Below are positions 48,551-60,085 of a DNA stretch of 64,000 nt, piece after piece; the stretch's first letter is position 1, and each line of letters begins with the position of its first letter. Source of the DNA: Camelus ferus. Taxonomy: Eukaryota. The stretch covers positions 44,208,001 to 44,272,000 of the forward strand of contig NC_045697.1 of assembly GCF_009834535.1 (NCBI RefSeq), read 5' to 3'. Both the position numbers and the translations under genes were made by a program. The notes beneath the pieces are model-generated. The model was given only the letters and a program-made list of their open reading frames with translations. It was not told where the DNA came from and did not search any database.

Positions 48551-50390
48551 ACGGAGTGCACAAGGGTGATTTCCTCCCAAATCTCCATTTATTAGCTGGA
48601 ACTCTTCTGAAAAGAAGAGCTTTCCCATTTCAACTGGGAGTGAATTTTTGTTCTTTCTAAAAAGACAGGCTACATGCTTAAATCTTTCCCTGTTAATCAC
48701 CAATTCTCCAAGTCAGGAGTTGCTATAACTCAGTTATACTCAGTGAGTTATGACTTTTGCCATCGTGCACCCCTTCCACCATCAAAAAAGTGAGAAATTA
48801 CATTTTACAATTGTATTGGCATAAAGACAAATATAACCTAGGCTGGATTCGTTATTATATATTTACTATTATATTTATTTGTTTTCCTTCTAAAGAAAAT
48901 GTATTGTGGGCATTCAGTGCTGTCTTCTGTGCCTAATAGGTAGGACCTTGGTGCTGCTCCAGATCAGAGGCTGGGCAGGTAATAAACAAAGAGAGTTGAT
49001 TCTCGTGTGTATGTGTGTGGGGTGAGTGGGGGTGACGTCGGAAGGGAAGGGGCATTTAGTTCCAGTAGAAAGCTGACATGCAGGAAAGTGAGGTGGTCTG
49101 AGGTTGCCAGATCTTTCCATTTTTCAGGAGAAGCTAGAAATAGAGATTTTAAATTTTGAAATCCTCTATTTTTAATTGTTGGATCAGTTTTTTTTTCCCC
49201 AGTCTATGGGCTGATGGGGCCTGAGGGCTGAAGGTTTGAGGAGTCAGCAGGCTGTGAGGCTCCAGGGGAGGATGTTGCCTGTTTCCATACTGGGTACCTC
49301 ACAGAAAACCGGCCACACTGGAAGGTGCTGGCACAGGTTTGCCAAAGAAGGAATGAATGAAGGAAGGCTATGTTTTGCTAAGGCAACTTACAAATTAGGT
49401 GGGATTTTTTTGCTTCAAAACCTATGAAGACCAGAAAACCAGACCCTGGATTGTCCTGCAAAGGAAAAAAAAAGTCTGCCTTGGGTTATTCACATCAACT
49501 TAGAGAGACCTGGCAGGAATGAAAATGTGTGAAGAAAATCCTTGAAACGGGGGTTCGCGCACTAGGTCAGGCTACCTTGACGATGCGGTCACCAGTCAGA
49601 GAATCGAAGGGGGTTTCTTGGTGTCTTGATAAAATGCCATATGATTAAACTTTTAACTCTTTTCTTCTATTTAAGGCAGAAACATTATTGTGTTAAAAAC
49701 AATGTTGAAGGGACTGCATTGTATCATTTTTCCCTTTGGGGGCACTGAGTACACTTCACGGCCAAACATGGCCTGGGGCTGCTCCACGGGGGCAGTTTGT
49801 TCAGAGCCGCGTCCACTCTGAGCCACAGAGGACCCTTCCTGGTGAGAAGGGTGAGGGGATCCTTGAGGAACAAAGACGGAGAGAAAGCAGTGCCTCCTAG
49901 GAGCCTTCCTTGGACTCCACTTTAATTCTCAGACCTAAAAGCAACAGTGGTGCCCTGGGCTTTTCTTGTCAGAACTTTTCCCCGATACACACCCCTCCAG
50001 GGCTCAGCACTCAGCCTTCTGAGGGTCTGGGTGACAAATCTTCACGGTTCACTGCTGCTAGGGTACCTGCTGACTCCTGCTTAAACCTCCAGCCCTGGGC
50101 TTCAAGCACTGGCTGTCTTAATCCCGTGAGAGAAACTGCTTGTTAGAAGAGAGAAACAGAGGGATGAGAAGTCATAATTACCCAGGTAATGCAGATGATG
50201 AGGGCAGAAATTATTCCTTATTTTTCCACTTCCCTCAAAGTGACCAGTTGGAGTGCTGTTTTTAAATTTTCATCTTCCTTCATGGGGGCCGACATTTTTG
50301 ATATCACAGTTTCCCATTTATGGTCAGAGAAATTACTGTGCTTGCACACCGTGAAGTAACAATGTAAAGTGTACATGCTCCTCTCTCTTG

Positions 50391-50392
<2 letters not shown>

Positions 50393-50427
<35 letters not shown>
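50393..50427. repeat. (CA)n microsatellite
   Basis: Read directly. Confidence 0.95.
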
Positions 50428-50430
<3 letters not shown>

Positions 50431-51967
50431 CCAAGAGAAAAATAAAAACTGAATAATTAATGAAGAAAGAAATGCAGCGTACCCATAGTGCAGTGCACTG
50501 TTCTTTGTGTTCAATTAGCTGTAATTCTGTGATAGTTGTGTCTTGATTCTGATCGGCTAAGAGAGAGAGATGGATGGTGGGAGTTACCCTGTACATGACC
50601 ATGCTTGCTTTTTCCAAATTCACCTCTGAGAACCTGGGAGGGCTGAGGATCAGGGTAAGAAAAAGAGCCGCTCTCAAGACCTGGGGCATCCTTTCCTCTG
50701 CAGGCATTGCTTCCTGGGCACTCAGCCTCAGCCTGACAATGGTTGCCTAGTGATAAGAATAATGATCTTTTCAGTCATGTTTATTAAGGTATTACGATTT
50801 GCTAAACACCTGACAAATATTTTCACTTGTCTCACAATAACCGTTTGTTTTATTTTGTTTGCTTGTTTCATGCAGAAGAGAACTAAGGCTAAGAAAGAGT
50901 GGGATGGACCCCCCCCACCCCCCAGCTAGGAAATGACAGGCAGACAATTCACCTGTGAATTCACCGCGTTACCTGTGTGCTGCCTCACTTCTCTGTGGAG
51001 CCAGCGTTCTCTATGAGTTGTTTCAGCCAGCTCTGATTCCCACACCTAATAAATGATTTCTCTCCCCGCCCCCCTACCCCCAAGAGATGCTTTGTGTCAT
51101 CTGAGGGAGAGGAACAGGTTTTGAACAAGGAAGATGGCATAGAGGGAGCAGGAAACCACGGTGGAAAGATCCCAGTCCAAACCAGTTTATACTCTTGAAC
51201 AGTTATCTCTTAAGGACTTGCTCTGGTGTCATAACAAACAAATAATAAAGAGAATAAAATAAATTTGATTTTTGTTTGTTTTTTGCATTTTTAGTAAAAT
51301 ATTAGATGATTGACAGCTCCAAATATAGCTCTTCTTACTCATGTGACCACTTTGATTAGATGCCAAATATTTTTAGAAGGGGACTGGGAGCAGAACAGTG
51401 CTAGTCTTTGACATTTTCCTAAGAACAAAGGAAATAGCTCTTCCCCTCCCTTCCCCCAGCCATTCAGTTTGGTCAACTTGTTTTATATACTTTCCTTCAG
51501 GAGAAAGGCTGTCCACACCATTCTGTGATGATTAAGGGCTCTGAAGGTTCTGCTTAACAAATTCTTATTCCTGTCAAAGGACCTTGTTTCTTTCATCAGA
51601 CCTCTTCCCACACCAAGGTGTGAAGGGGATACTGCAAACACATGTGGGCTCCAACCTGTGGTTCTTTTAGCAGCTCAGTTCTTGTGTTTTTATATTATGG
51701 AATTGCTTTTGTGATGCTTTGAAGGCAACCCTTGTCTCATCTTCTCAATTTTAAAATCTACCTGAAATCAACTTTTTCACTCGGTGCCTGCAAAAAGAAA
51801 GCAAGCAGGAGAGGAAGGTAGGACAAGTGGGCACAGGCTGTGGGTAGGGAGACGAGATTTCCATCCTGGGCTCTGTCACTAAAAATCCTTCCGTCTGCAT
51901 CACAAGCCAAGAGGAGAGGCTAGGTTTCCTTGGTCCTAAATGAGTCTCTGCAGGGATTACTCAGAGA

Positions 51968-52123
51968 CTTGCAACTCAAAATGTGGTCCCTGGGACAGCA
52001 GTGTTACCTGGGAGCTTGTTGGAAGTGCAGAATCGCTGGCCCTGCCCAGACCTACTGGATTAGTATCTGCAACTTAACAAGATCCCTAGGTGGTGTGCAA
52101 GCACATCAGTTTGAAAAGCACTG
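51968..52123 (+). mobile_element. MER5A-like hAT MITE
   Basis: 'ctcaaaatgtggtccc...cctgggagcttgttggaagtgcagaatc...cccagacctactg...ttaacaagatccc...gtttgaaaagcactg'. Confidence 0.8.
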
Positions 52124-52579
52124 TCCTTGTCCATCACTCTTCTCTCTCCTGTTCTGTTCCCTTTCAGCTGAATCTTCCTAAATTCACGCCTTGGCAGCAG
52201 AGAACGTATCTCCCTTCAGTCCAAGTGCAGCACGGTGGAAGGTGGCGAAGTGAAAGGAGGTGGGGATTGCAAAGAGGAGCTGTTAGTTATTGTTAAATGT
52301 GATAGAATTGAGAAGGTTTTAATAGTAAAGAAAAGCCCTTTGCTTCTGAGCCCACAGTCTTCAAGATCCTGTGGAAATGTAATTTTGAGTGAAGTGTTGA
52401 AATAGTACCCTGGAGAAAATTGCTACAGAATTGCAAACATTATAAATCCAAACCTTTAATGGGAAGACATAAGGTCTTACTGAAATTCTTTGTGACACCA
52501 TCTCATGAGATGAGTGGCCATAGAGGAACTTGCGCTGTCACTGCAGCCCCTTGTCAGCCCTTCTCTTTCACATCTGGTC

Positions 52580-52750
52580 GGTCAGCTACACACTCAGACC
52601 CTGGACCAACAGCATCAGCGCCACCTGCAAACCTGTTAGAAACAAAACTCCTGGGTCTCTCCCCAGACCTACTGAATCTCTGGGAATGGGGCCCAGCATA
52701 CGCACTTTAACAAGATCCCCTGGTGATGAGTGTGGCATTGAGAATCAGTG
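52580..52750 (+). mobile_element. MER5A-like hAT MITE
   Basis: 'ccctggaccaacagcatcagcgccacctg...cccagacctactgaatc...tttaacaagatcccctggtgat...ttgagaatcagtg'. Confidence 0.75.
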
Positions 52751-52922
52751 ATCTAAAATAATTGTTCATCATAGTTCTTTGTTTTCAGCTTGTTTGTTAC
52801 ATAATGAGAAGTGAGTTACTCCTCCAGCTCTTCACAAAACCAGAGAGGTGTGAGAAGCAGGGCCAGGTGCAGTCACACCATGAGAATGAACAGGGAAGTT
52901 TCAAGAACTGTCCCTGGGAATC

Positions 52923-53147
52923 AGAGCAGGATTCTCTACCTACGCACTACTGACATTTTGGTGCGGGTACTTGTTTGTTGTAGGCGGCATCTGGGCAATG
53001 CACGGTGCTCAACTGTATGCCTGGTCTCTACCCACTGGGCGCTAGTAGCATCTTTCAAGTTTTGGTTTGTGACAACTAATAATGTCTGAAGACTTTGTCC
53101 CAGGAGGGAAGAGGAGGCAAAATCACCCACCTCCTTGAGAACCTCTG
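52923..53147 (-). mobile_element. MER20-like hAT MITE
   Basis: 'gcaggattctctacc...cactactgacattttgg...ctctacccactgggcgctagtagca...gtgacaactaataatgtctgaagac...ttgagaacctctg'. Confidence 0.8.
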
Positions 53148-53554
53148 GTCTAGAATGATGACAAATGTGGGTGTCTTCACAGGGGCTTATCCAGGAAGGG
53201 GATATTTTCAGAGGCAGTGGGGTGGCATTCATAACTGGAGCAATAACACACGTCAGTGCTGCTGGCCAGGCCTGGCTCACATTGTACATGCATTGCTTCT
53301 TTCAGCCTTACAACAAACCCATAGGGCAGGGTTCTATTTTCCCCACTTTATGCGTGGAGAAACTAAGGCTCAGAGATTAACTCACACTGATAAGTGATAT
53401 ACCAGGGATTCAACCCCAGGTCCACTTTAACCGTTAGACCAATCAATCATATGTGTATATATGTATCTGTATCCATCTAGGGCTCTGTCTGCTTTTCTCC
53501 ATTTATCTGCCAAATCTGGGAAGGACTGGAGAAGAGAAACAATCATTTATTGGC

Positions 53555-54080
53555 CCGAACCCAGAAGTGACTTTCGAAACACTTGAACTGGTGGGAAAGG
53601 CAGATATTCAAGGGCGTTGTCTTCTCCCATTCGGGCCCCAGCCCGTCCCCCATATGGCCCTGTCCCCAGGAGCCTTCTCCCTCTGCTTCCTCCCCTCCTC
53701 CCCCTAATCCCGCTGCTGTCTCTCCCCATCCCGCTCCCATCGCCTCCCCCCTTCCCTCGTCGGAAGACTGTTGCGTGCGGGCTTCGTGTCCTCCCTCCGG
53801 GTTCTCAAAGCCTAAGCCGCCGCTGCACACCCCGCCCTCCATCCCGGTGCCTGGAATCAAAGGCTCCCGCGTGGGGAACCCGGGACGGGGTGGGGAGCAG
53901 CTTACAGCATCAAAGGCGCCTCCAGGAGAAGCGTGCCAGCGCTCTGAGGTCACACGAAAGGGCAGCCTGGTCTCTCCTGATCCGGAGGGTCTAGAATCGC
54001 TTAGCATTTACCGAGCCCCGCGGGGGCCCAGGGGCTCCGCACAGGGTCAGCGTGTGGGTGGGCTGGAGCAAGCGCCGAGC
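53555..54080. promoter_or_regulatory. SCD5: Intragenic CpG-rich island-like segment; candidate enhancer or internal promoter
   Basis: About 30 CpGs by hand count in ~470 bp of GC-rich, apparently non-repeat sequence. GC box CCCCGCCC (53830-53837) and two ATCAAAG motifs (53856, 53909). Confidence 0.55.
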
Positions 54081-54159
54081 ACTGTAGATCTGGGTTTATC
54101 CATTTGTAACTTCAGGGAATGAGACCAGATGGCCTCTAAGAGATGGTGTACCTTATAGC

Positions 54160-54315
54160 GCGGCGTTTTCTCAGTCCTGGTTGTGCATCAGAATCACCCG
54201 AAGAGATGCCCGTTCTGCCAGTCCTCTTTGATTCACTGGGCCCTATGGGCCTGGAGTCTGTTAATGATCCCATAACTGCAACGGGCAGGGGCAGCCGGGG
54301 CTGAGAACCACCGCA
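54160..54315 (+). mobile_element. MER5B-like hAT MITE (followed by a MIR at ~54325-54490)
   Basis: 'gttttctcagtcctggttgtgcatcagaatcacc...gcagccggggctgagaaccac', then 'tggagccagactg...ctgggcctcagttttgcacatctttaaaatgggg'. Confidence 0.65.
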
Positions 54316-54829
54316 CCAGAGGAGAGGTCTTGGAGCCAGACTGATCTGGTGTTTGGGCCCCAGTTCTGTCAGTGTTTGATCCTGAGGCAGTCACTTAATG
54401 GCTCTGGGCCTCAGTTTTGCACATCTTTAAAATGGGGGTTAGGACATCTACCTTATAGGAGTAGACCAATACAATTAGATATGTTGGTAAATTGGTGCTC
54501 TGTGGCAGGTGGGCCATGAGAGTGGACTGCCTTCTCCAGCCTCTCTTCTGACTCTCTGTTAGGCCATGTGGTGCATTTTTCTTTTTTAAGAGGAATTTTA
54601 CCGTGCATTTGGCTTAGGAAATCATGTGAAGCGACTTCCTTTTGCTGTCTGTTCCTAAATATTGATCTTTTCATTTTATCATTCTTATAATAGGGATTGC
54701 AATGATCTTATGTGTGCAGAGTATTTGAAGGTGAACAAAAGGAGGTTATTTTAAGAAGTGTTCGAAGGAGTTACAGCAAAATATGAACAGAGAGTGATTA
54801 GGGTTGGTACTGTTTTTCCCCCTCTACTT

Positions 54830-54978
54830 TCTGTGCATACTGTTTGCCATAGTGGCTGCATTTTGCATTCCCACTAGCAGTATAGTAGGGATTCCAATTT
54901 CTCCACATCCTCACCAACTCTTATTTTCTGCTTGCTTTTGTTTTGTTATAGTAACCATCTGTGGGTGTGAGGTGGTTA
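54830..54978 (-). mobile_element. Old L1 ORF2-end fragment
   Basis: 'ccatagtggctgcattttgcattcccactagcag...ttccaatttctccacatcctcaccaac'. Confidence 0.75.
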
Positions 54979-55559
54979 GATACAGGCTTTTTATCAAATC
55001 CTCTTTTCCAGCCCAGGACTTTGCATCTATTGGTCTCTATCTGAATCTTGCCTCTTCCTCATCCTTTAGGGATTAGCTTAATTCTTACTTTCTCTGCAGT
55101 TTTCACCCATTCCCCAAACTAAATTACCCCCTTTTAGTCTCTCATATTAGTCTGTTCATTTCTTCCATAGCACTTGCTGTAATTTGTAATTATATCGTAA
55201 GTAATTGACTTTTCAAATTCCTGTCAACTCAAGGAGGGAAGGGGCCATATTTGTGTGGTCGCCTGGTGAACCCCATCCTGAGCTCAGTGCCCGGCCCGTA
55301 ATAGGAGCTCAGTAAACTGTCTCGTGAAGTCTTGGGTCACCTGGTACTCATGTTTATGACAAGCAGAGGCTGAACTGCATGCAGAATGACAATGAAGGCG
55401 TTACTGTAAGTAAATTTGCCGTATGGTGAAGGCAGAACACAAAACAGGGTTTTGACCTTCAGCTTCTGTTTTGAGCTGATTAGAAGGACATGATGCATTC
55501 AAGCTTCTCCAGCCAGAATTAAGGCAGCCGGGGGGTCAGGCCACCAGCAGAGGTATTCA

Positions 55560-55765
55560 GAGTGTGGGCTCTTCCTGCCTTAAACTGTATCCTGGCTGTA
55601 TCACTTTATGTCTGGATTCCTTCATTTTTAAGACAGAGACAACATATGACCCACCCTGTAGACCTGAGGTGAGGAGTCAGTGAGTTACTATGTATGAAGC
55701 ACTTACAACAGGACCTGGCACATAGAAAGCTCTCAGTCAATGGTTGCTATTATGACTACTTATTA
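55560..55765 (+). mobile_element. MIR SINE (L2 3' end just upstream at ~55070-55320)
   Basis: 'gtgagttactatgtatgaagcacttacaacaggacctggcacatagaaagctctcagtcaatggttgctattat'. Confidence 0.7.
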
Positions 55766-56389
55766 GCTTTCACTCTGATGCTAGACAGACATAGATAATA
55801 AGCGAGGAATAAAGAACTCTGTCAATTGCTTCCTTCTGTGTAGCACTCAGGGATGGGTCTTGAAGGAGGCTGTCCAACTCTCCCCTCAATCAGGTCCAGA
55901 ATTAAGGGAGTTTTAATTTTTGGTTCTTAGCACCCATCCAGGACTGTTCTCTGGTTGTGTGGTCCAGAGAAGGTCACTATAATCATTCTTCAGACATCAC
56001 TGTGATGGGGGATCTGGATAGATGGGGGGCTCTGCCTTCCACTGTGGAAGCCCAAGGGGCCGAGGGTTCTCCCTTTTCTGTTGCTAGAGCCTCCCGTTGT
56101 GATCCAAGCTCTAGGCAGTTAGGTGTCTCTGCCTTGAAATCCTGGGTGTGGATAGGTTCAAGCATAGATGTAGGGTCAAACAGACATTGTTCTTGGCAGC
56201 TGTGGAAGATTTAAGGGTCCACAGTGTGACATGAGCGTCAGGTGGTAGTAAGCTAAGTGTCAGTCCTAGGCAAACAGCTGATTCTTACTTGTTTTGTCCT
56301 GTGTTGTTTTGTAACATGTCTACTTTATTTTACATTGAGAAAATATACATAATAACAAAATCTAATAGCAGTTCAGTCATTTTTTTTTA

Positions 56390-56612
56390 GTTATGACTTT
56401 ATTGAGCTATAACTTAAACCATACAACTCATCTAAAGTGTGCAAATCATTGGCTTTTAGCATATTCACAGACTTGTGCAACCATCACCAAAATCAGTTTC
56501 AGGAAAATTTTATCACTCTCTACCACCAAAACTCTGTACCTGTTAGCAGTCACTCCCCTCCTCCCTCCCTGCCCCCAGACCCATGCAACATGAGTCTTTT
56601 TCCTGTTCCTGT
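56390..56612 (-). mobile_element. L1MB-type 3' end
   Basis: 'ctttattgagctataactt...tagcatattcacagacttgtgcaaccatcacca...ctgttagcagtcactcc'. Confidence 0.8.
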
Positions 56613-56686
56613 ACATGGCAAACTGTTCTTAAACTGGGATTTAAACTGTACCTTCGTTCCTTTGAAGGAAATTTCCTACTTAAGTC

Positions 56687-57125
56687 CTGCATTAGTTACC
56701 TACTATTGGCAGAACAAATTACCCCCAAACTTAGCAGCTTAAAACAACATGCATTCATCTCACAGTTTTTATAGAGCAGGGATCCAGGTGCAGCTAGGCT
56801 GGGTCTTCCGCTTCAGGATCTGTCACGGGGCAGTAATGTGTTGGCTAGGGCCGTGGTCTTAGCTGAGGGCTCGGCTAAGCTCACTTACATTGTTGTGGGC
56901 AGGACTTGATTCCCTGAGGACTGTTGAACTGAGGGCCTCATTTCCTGGCTAGCTGTTGGCTGAAGGCCACCCTGAGTTCCTTGCCCCTGGGCCTCCCCAA
57001 TATGGCAGCTTACATCATCATACCCAAGGGAAGAGAGAATCTGCTAGCAAACTGAAGTCATACTACACTAGGCCATGAATACCAGGAGGCGAGGAGCCCT
57101 GGGGCCATCTTGGAGGCTGTATACA
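56687..57125 (-). mobile_element. ERVL-MaLR solo LTR (MLT1F-like)
   Basis: 'tgcattagttacctactattg..gaacaaattacccccaaacttagcagcttaaaacaaca...tgaataccaggaggc...ggggccatcttgg'. Confidence 0.8.
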
Positions 57126-57619
57126 CAAACCCTATCCTCTAACCTTCCAGTGAGTTCTGTAGGCTACTCAGTATCTTTTAAATATTTTTTTGGTTGAGCT
57201 AACCAGAATAGGTGACTCTTATTTGCATACAACCAATTTTTTTGTTGCTCACTGTTCTGTAATCTTGTGATTCTGGTTTCTACTGACCTGGCACCTTTCT
57301 TTATGAAGTATGAGCTACTCAGTAAAGTCATTGACACTGCTCATTACTCCTGTTTTTTTTTTTTTTTTTGAAATAATCAATTCTGTATCTGAATACTTCA
57401 CTACCTTGCAGCCAGCTAGCCAGCACTGCAGAAAACTTGTTTGGATATTCATTTCCACAAAGATGAGAGAAGAGAGGTTAAGAACCTCTCACATTAGCCC
57501 CATTAAAATAGGAAAACTGAGTCCTGCCAGTGGAATAGCCCATAAAGCCTCACATCCAGCCCAGGGTTTTTGCAGTTTATCCTTATTTGGACTATGACCA
57601 GAAGGTTGCTTTCTTTCCT

Positions 57620-58000
57620 AGAGGTTCTGCAGAATTTTAGTATCAGAAATCCAGTGCAAACTAGCTTAAGCAAGAAAAGGGAATTTGTTGGCTCACGTAA
57701 CTGTGTGAAATACTGGGGAGGCTCACTTGATCAAAAGGAGAACTATAGGAATTCAGACCCCGCAGCCAGTGGCTCAGTGCAGGCAGCTGTCCTCCTAGCT
57801 CTTGGGGACCTGTCCATCATTTTCATGTCCCACTTTCTGGACCTCATTCTTTACTGTCACAGTCATGCATTGGTGTGAGACCTTTAGTCTTTGAGCCAGA
57901 AGAGAGAGAAACTTTGGGTCAAGTGTTTATTCCCAGGACAAGGAAGATGGGGTACAGTGCTAGGCCAGGCCTGGGTCACATGGCCACATTCTTGTTGACA
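57620..58000 (-). mobile_element. Old MaLR LTR remnant (MLT1K/L-like)
   Basis: 'cagaaatccagtgcaaactagcttaagcaagaaaagggaatttgttggctcacgtaactg'. Confidence 0.55.
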
Positions 58001-59226
58001 GAAGAAGGACCATGAAAAACCACCAACAGCCACTGCTGCCCAGTATAGGCTCTGACTCGAGCCCAGTTGTCAGTGGCCGAGACATAGACAGATCAGACGT
58101 GTAAACGATCCCTGAAATACTGGAGATCCCCAAAAGGACAAAGACAATGCCGCAGTCTGTGGTAAGGCCCTGCCTGGGAGCCATGGATCGGAGGGATTCT
58201 TTTTTGGCCAATGTGTTTCATGGAGTCTGGGAATTCATTTTATTGTGCCAAGGTCCGGTGTCTTAGCCCGCTGGCCAAAGAGGGTCACATTCACTTTTTC
58301 CATTACAGATTTCACTAGTTCCCTAACTACTTGACAGTTGAAAAAAAATCATTGGCAGAGACCTAAAGGCCAGGGATGACATGGAAAATAGCTGTCCATT
58401 TAATGGAGGTTAAATTACAACAACAAAAGAAGTCAGAGCCTTTTATTTACTGCTACTTTCTGTGATTTATGAGCAGATTGTTGTTTTTTGTTTTTAACCT
58501 TTCAAGTTAGGAATGCTTTGTCAAGTTCATGAAAACCACATGTATTCAGACTCCTTAATCTGAGTGCCAAGAGTGAGTCTTGTTTTTAGACCCGTGTTAA
58601 GTATAGATTGAGATCAGACTTGACTTTTGGAAGCTGTAACATTGTGCGCCCTTTAAATGTGTGTATTGACACTGAACGTGCCCTAGTAATTCTTATGAAG
58701 ATATATTATACTGAAGAGGGCTTCCTGAGAACTTGGTCTGGGTACCATTCACAGCTGCTCAGGGGATGTACTCACAGCTGGTTGCCTGGTCTTTGGTGCT
58801 TCTTTATGGAGGCCCCTGTAGTGCTAAGTGCTAGAGGCAATTGTGTAGGATTATCTGCCTGATCGTGCCCACATATAGCTTGGTTTAGGGCTCTCCCCCT
58901 AAGTAAGGAAGCAGTTCACCCGTACGGTTGTGGCTTGGCATCAAGACTGGCAAGAAACATTCACAAATAGAAGATTTGTTTGATACAGGAAAAAATGATG
59001 TTCCAAGGTCAGAGTTTCTTGAGGAAAGTTCTCTCCACTTCCACCTGGTACTGGAAAGCTACAAATCAATAAAAAGCTTGCATTTGCCCAAATTATTGAT
59101 TCTTCATGTTGTGGATTCTTCCCCTGACACCATTTCACATGGGTCCTTATTCAGAGGAGAAAAAAGCTTGGGGGAAGTTTAAAAGCACTGACATCTGCTG
59201 ACATTCTCCCTGCTTGTGTCTTGCAG

Positions 59227-59357
59227 CCTACTTCTGCTTCCTCCTGACTGCTCTGGGTGTGACAGCTGGTGCCCATCGCTTGTGGAGCCACAGGTCCTAC
59301 AAGGCCAAGCTGCCTCTGAGGATATTTCTGGCTGCCGCCAACTCCATGGCTTTCCAG
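59227..59357 (+). CDS. SCD5: Stearoyl-CoA desaturase 5, internal coding exon (exon 2), 131 nt, phase 1 in / phase 0 out
   Basis: Translates as (A)YFCFLLTALGVTAGAHRLWSHRSYKAKLPLRIFLAAANSMAFQ, with desaturase His box 1 HRLWSH (59274-59291). Acceptor ...ctccctgcttgtgtcttgcAG (AG 59225-59226), CTGAC branch-like motifs at 59188 and 59198, donor CAG|GTGGGG (GT 59358-59359). The peptide resembles SCD5 rather than SCD1, and the >59 kb upstream intron fits SCD5 gene architecture. Confidence 0.96.
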
Positions 59358-59659
59358 GTGGGGATGGAGGGTCCTCTTTGCCTTAGGGACTTAGCGCAGA
59401 TGGCAGTGTGGGAGGAGGCACAGACGTGCTCCCTGTGCAGTGGACCTCCTTCACACCCATTCTAGGCTCAGTGCTCAGGCCCCCAGGCACTCCTTGACTG
59501 TCTCAAGTTTTTATCTCCTAGTAGATTTAGCTACAGTAAAATGTCCCCTTGGGAGCTTTGTACCCTGAGGCATGCTGTACTACATGGGAGGAAAGGGGAT
59601 TCCTCCCTCCAGAGTTCATGCCCCAAACATGCCCTGAAACCCTCAACACTTGTCTGGCT

Positions 59660-60085
59660 CTAATGAAGGCCATGTTCTGTGCCGAGCATACTCTATGCGT
59701 ATTGCATTTGATCCTCACTGTAGCCCCATGAGCTAGGTGTTATGCATGGCCCCATTTTACAGATGAATAAACTAAGGCTTAATGAAGTTAAAGAACTTAC
59801 CACAATTATATGGCTTAAAAAATGGTACATCCAGGATAGGCAAATGCAGGTCTGACTCCAAAGCCATTGTTCCTACGACACATATTCCTGAGGTCACCCT
59901 GTAAGTGTGTGGCAGAAAGTCTACTCATTACAGAATTGGAAGACTGAGGATTTGAGTTTTACTCTGGTGGCTGCTAGCTATGAATCACTTACTCACCTCC
60001 AGTTTCTTCATCTGTAAAAATAAGGACATTACTTCACTTCTAGAGTTGTTATGAAGTCATGATAAAAATGTAAGAAAGGGTCATC
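59660..60085. mobile_element. Two MIR SINEs (- at ~59660-59880, + at ~59930-60085)
   Basis: 'cccattttacagatgaataaactaaggc...ggtctgactccaaagcc' and 'cagtttcttcatctgtaaaaataaggac...gttgttatga'. Confidence 0.75.

Larger units (their letters stand above)
1..59226 (+). other. SCD5: SCD5 intron 1 (3' portion; exon 1 lies upstream of the window)
   Basis: No other desaturase-coding exon found upstream of the exon 2 acceptor. SCD5 is known to have a very long first intron. Confidence 0.85.

Noticed and set aside
53543..54122. Overlapping 125-179 aa ORFs on both strands
   Set aside because: Expected in GC-rich, stop-poor DNA. Proline/glycine-rich low complexity with no recognisable homology.
59214..59465. 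83-aa ORF overlapping the SCD5 exon, as a standalone gene
   Set aside because: Only 59227-59357 is desaturase-like. The flanks are intron sequence read through canonical splice sites.
55560..59880. Inverted MIRs flanking exon 2 as drivers of a circRNA
   Set aside because: The MIR copies are too diverged for stable pairing, and a single 131-nt exon circle has no support here.
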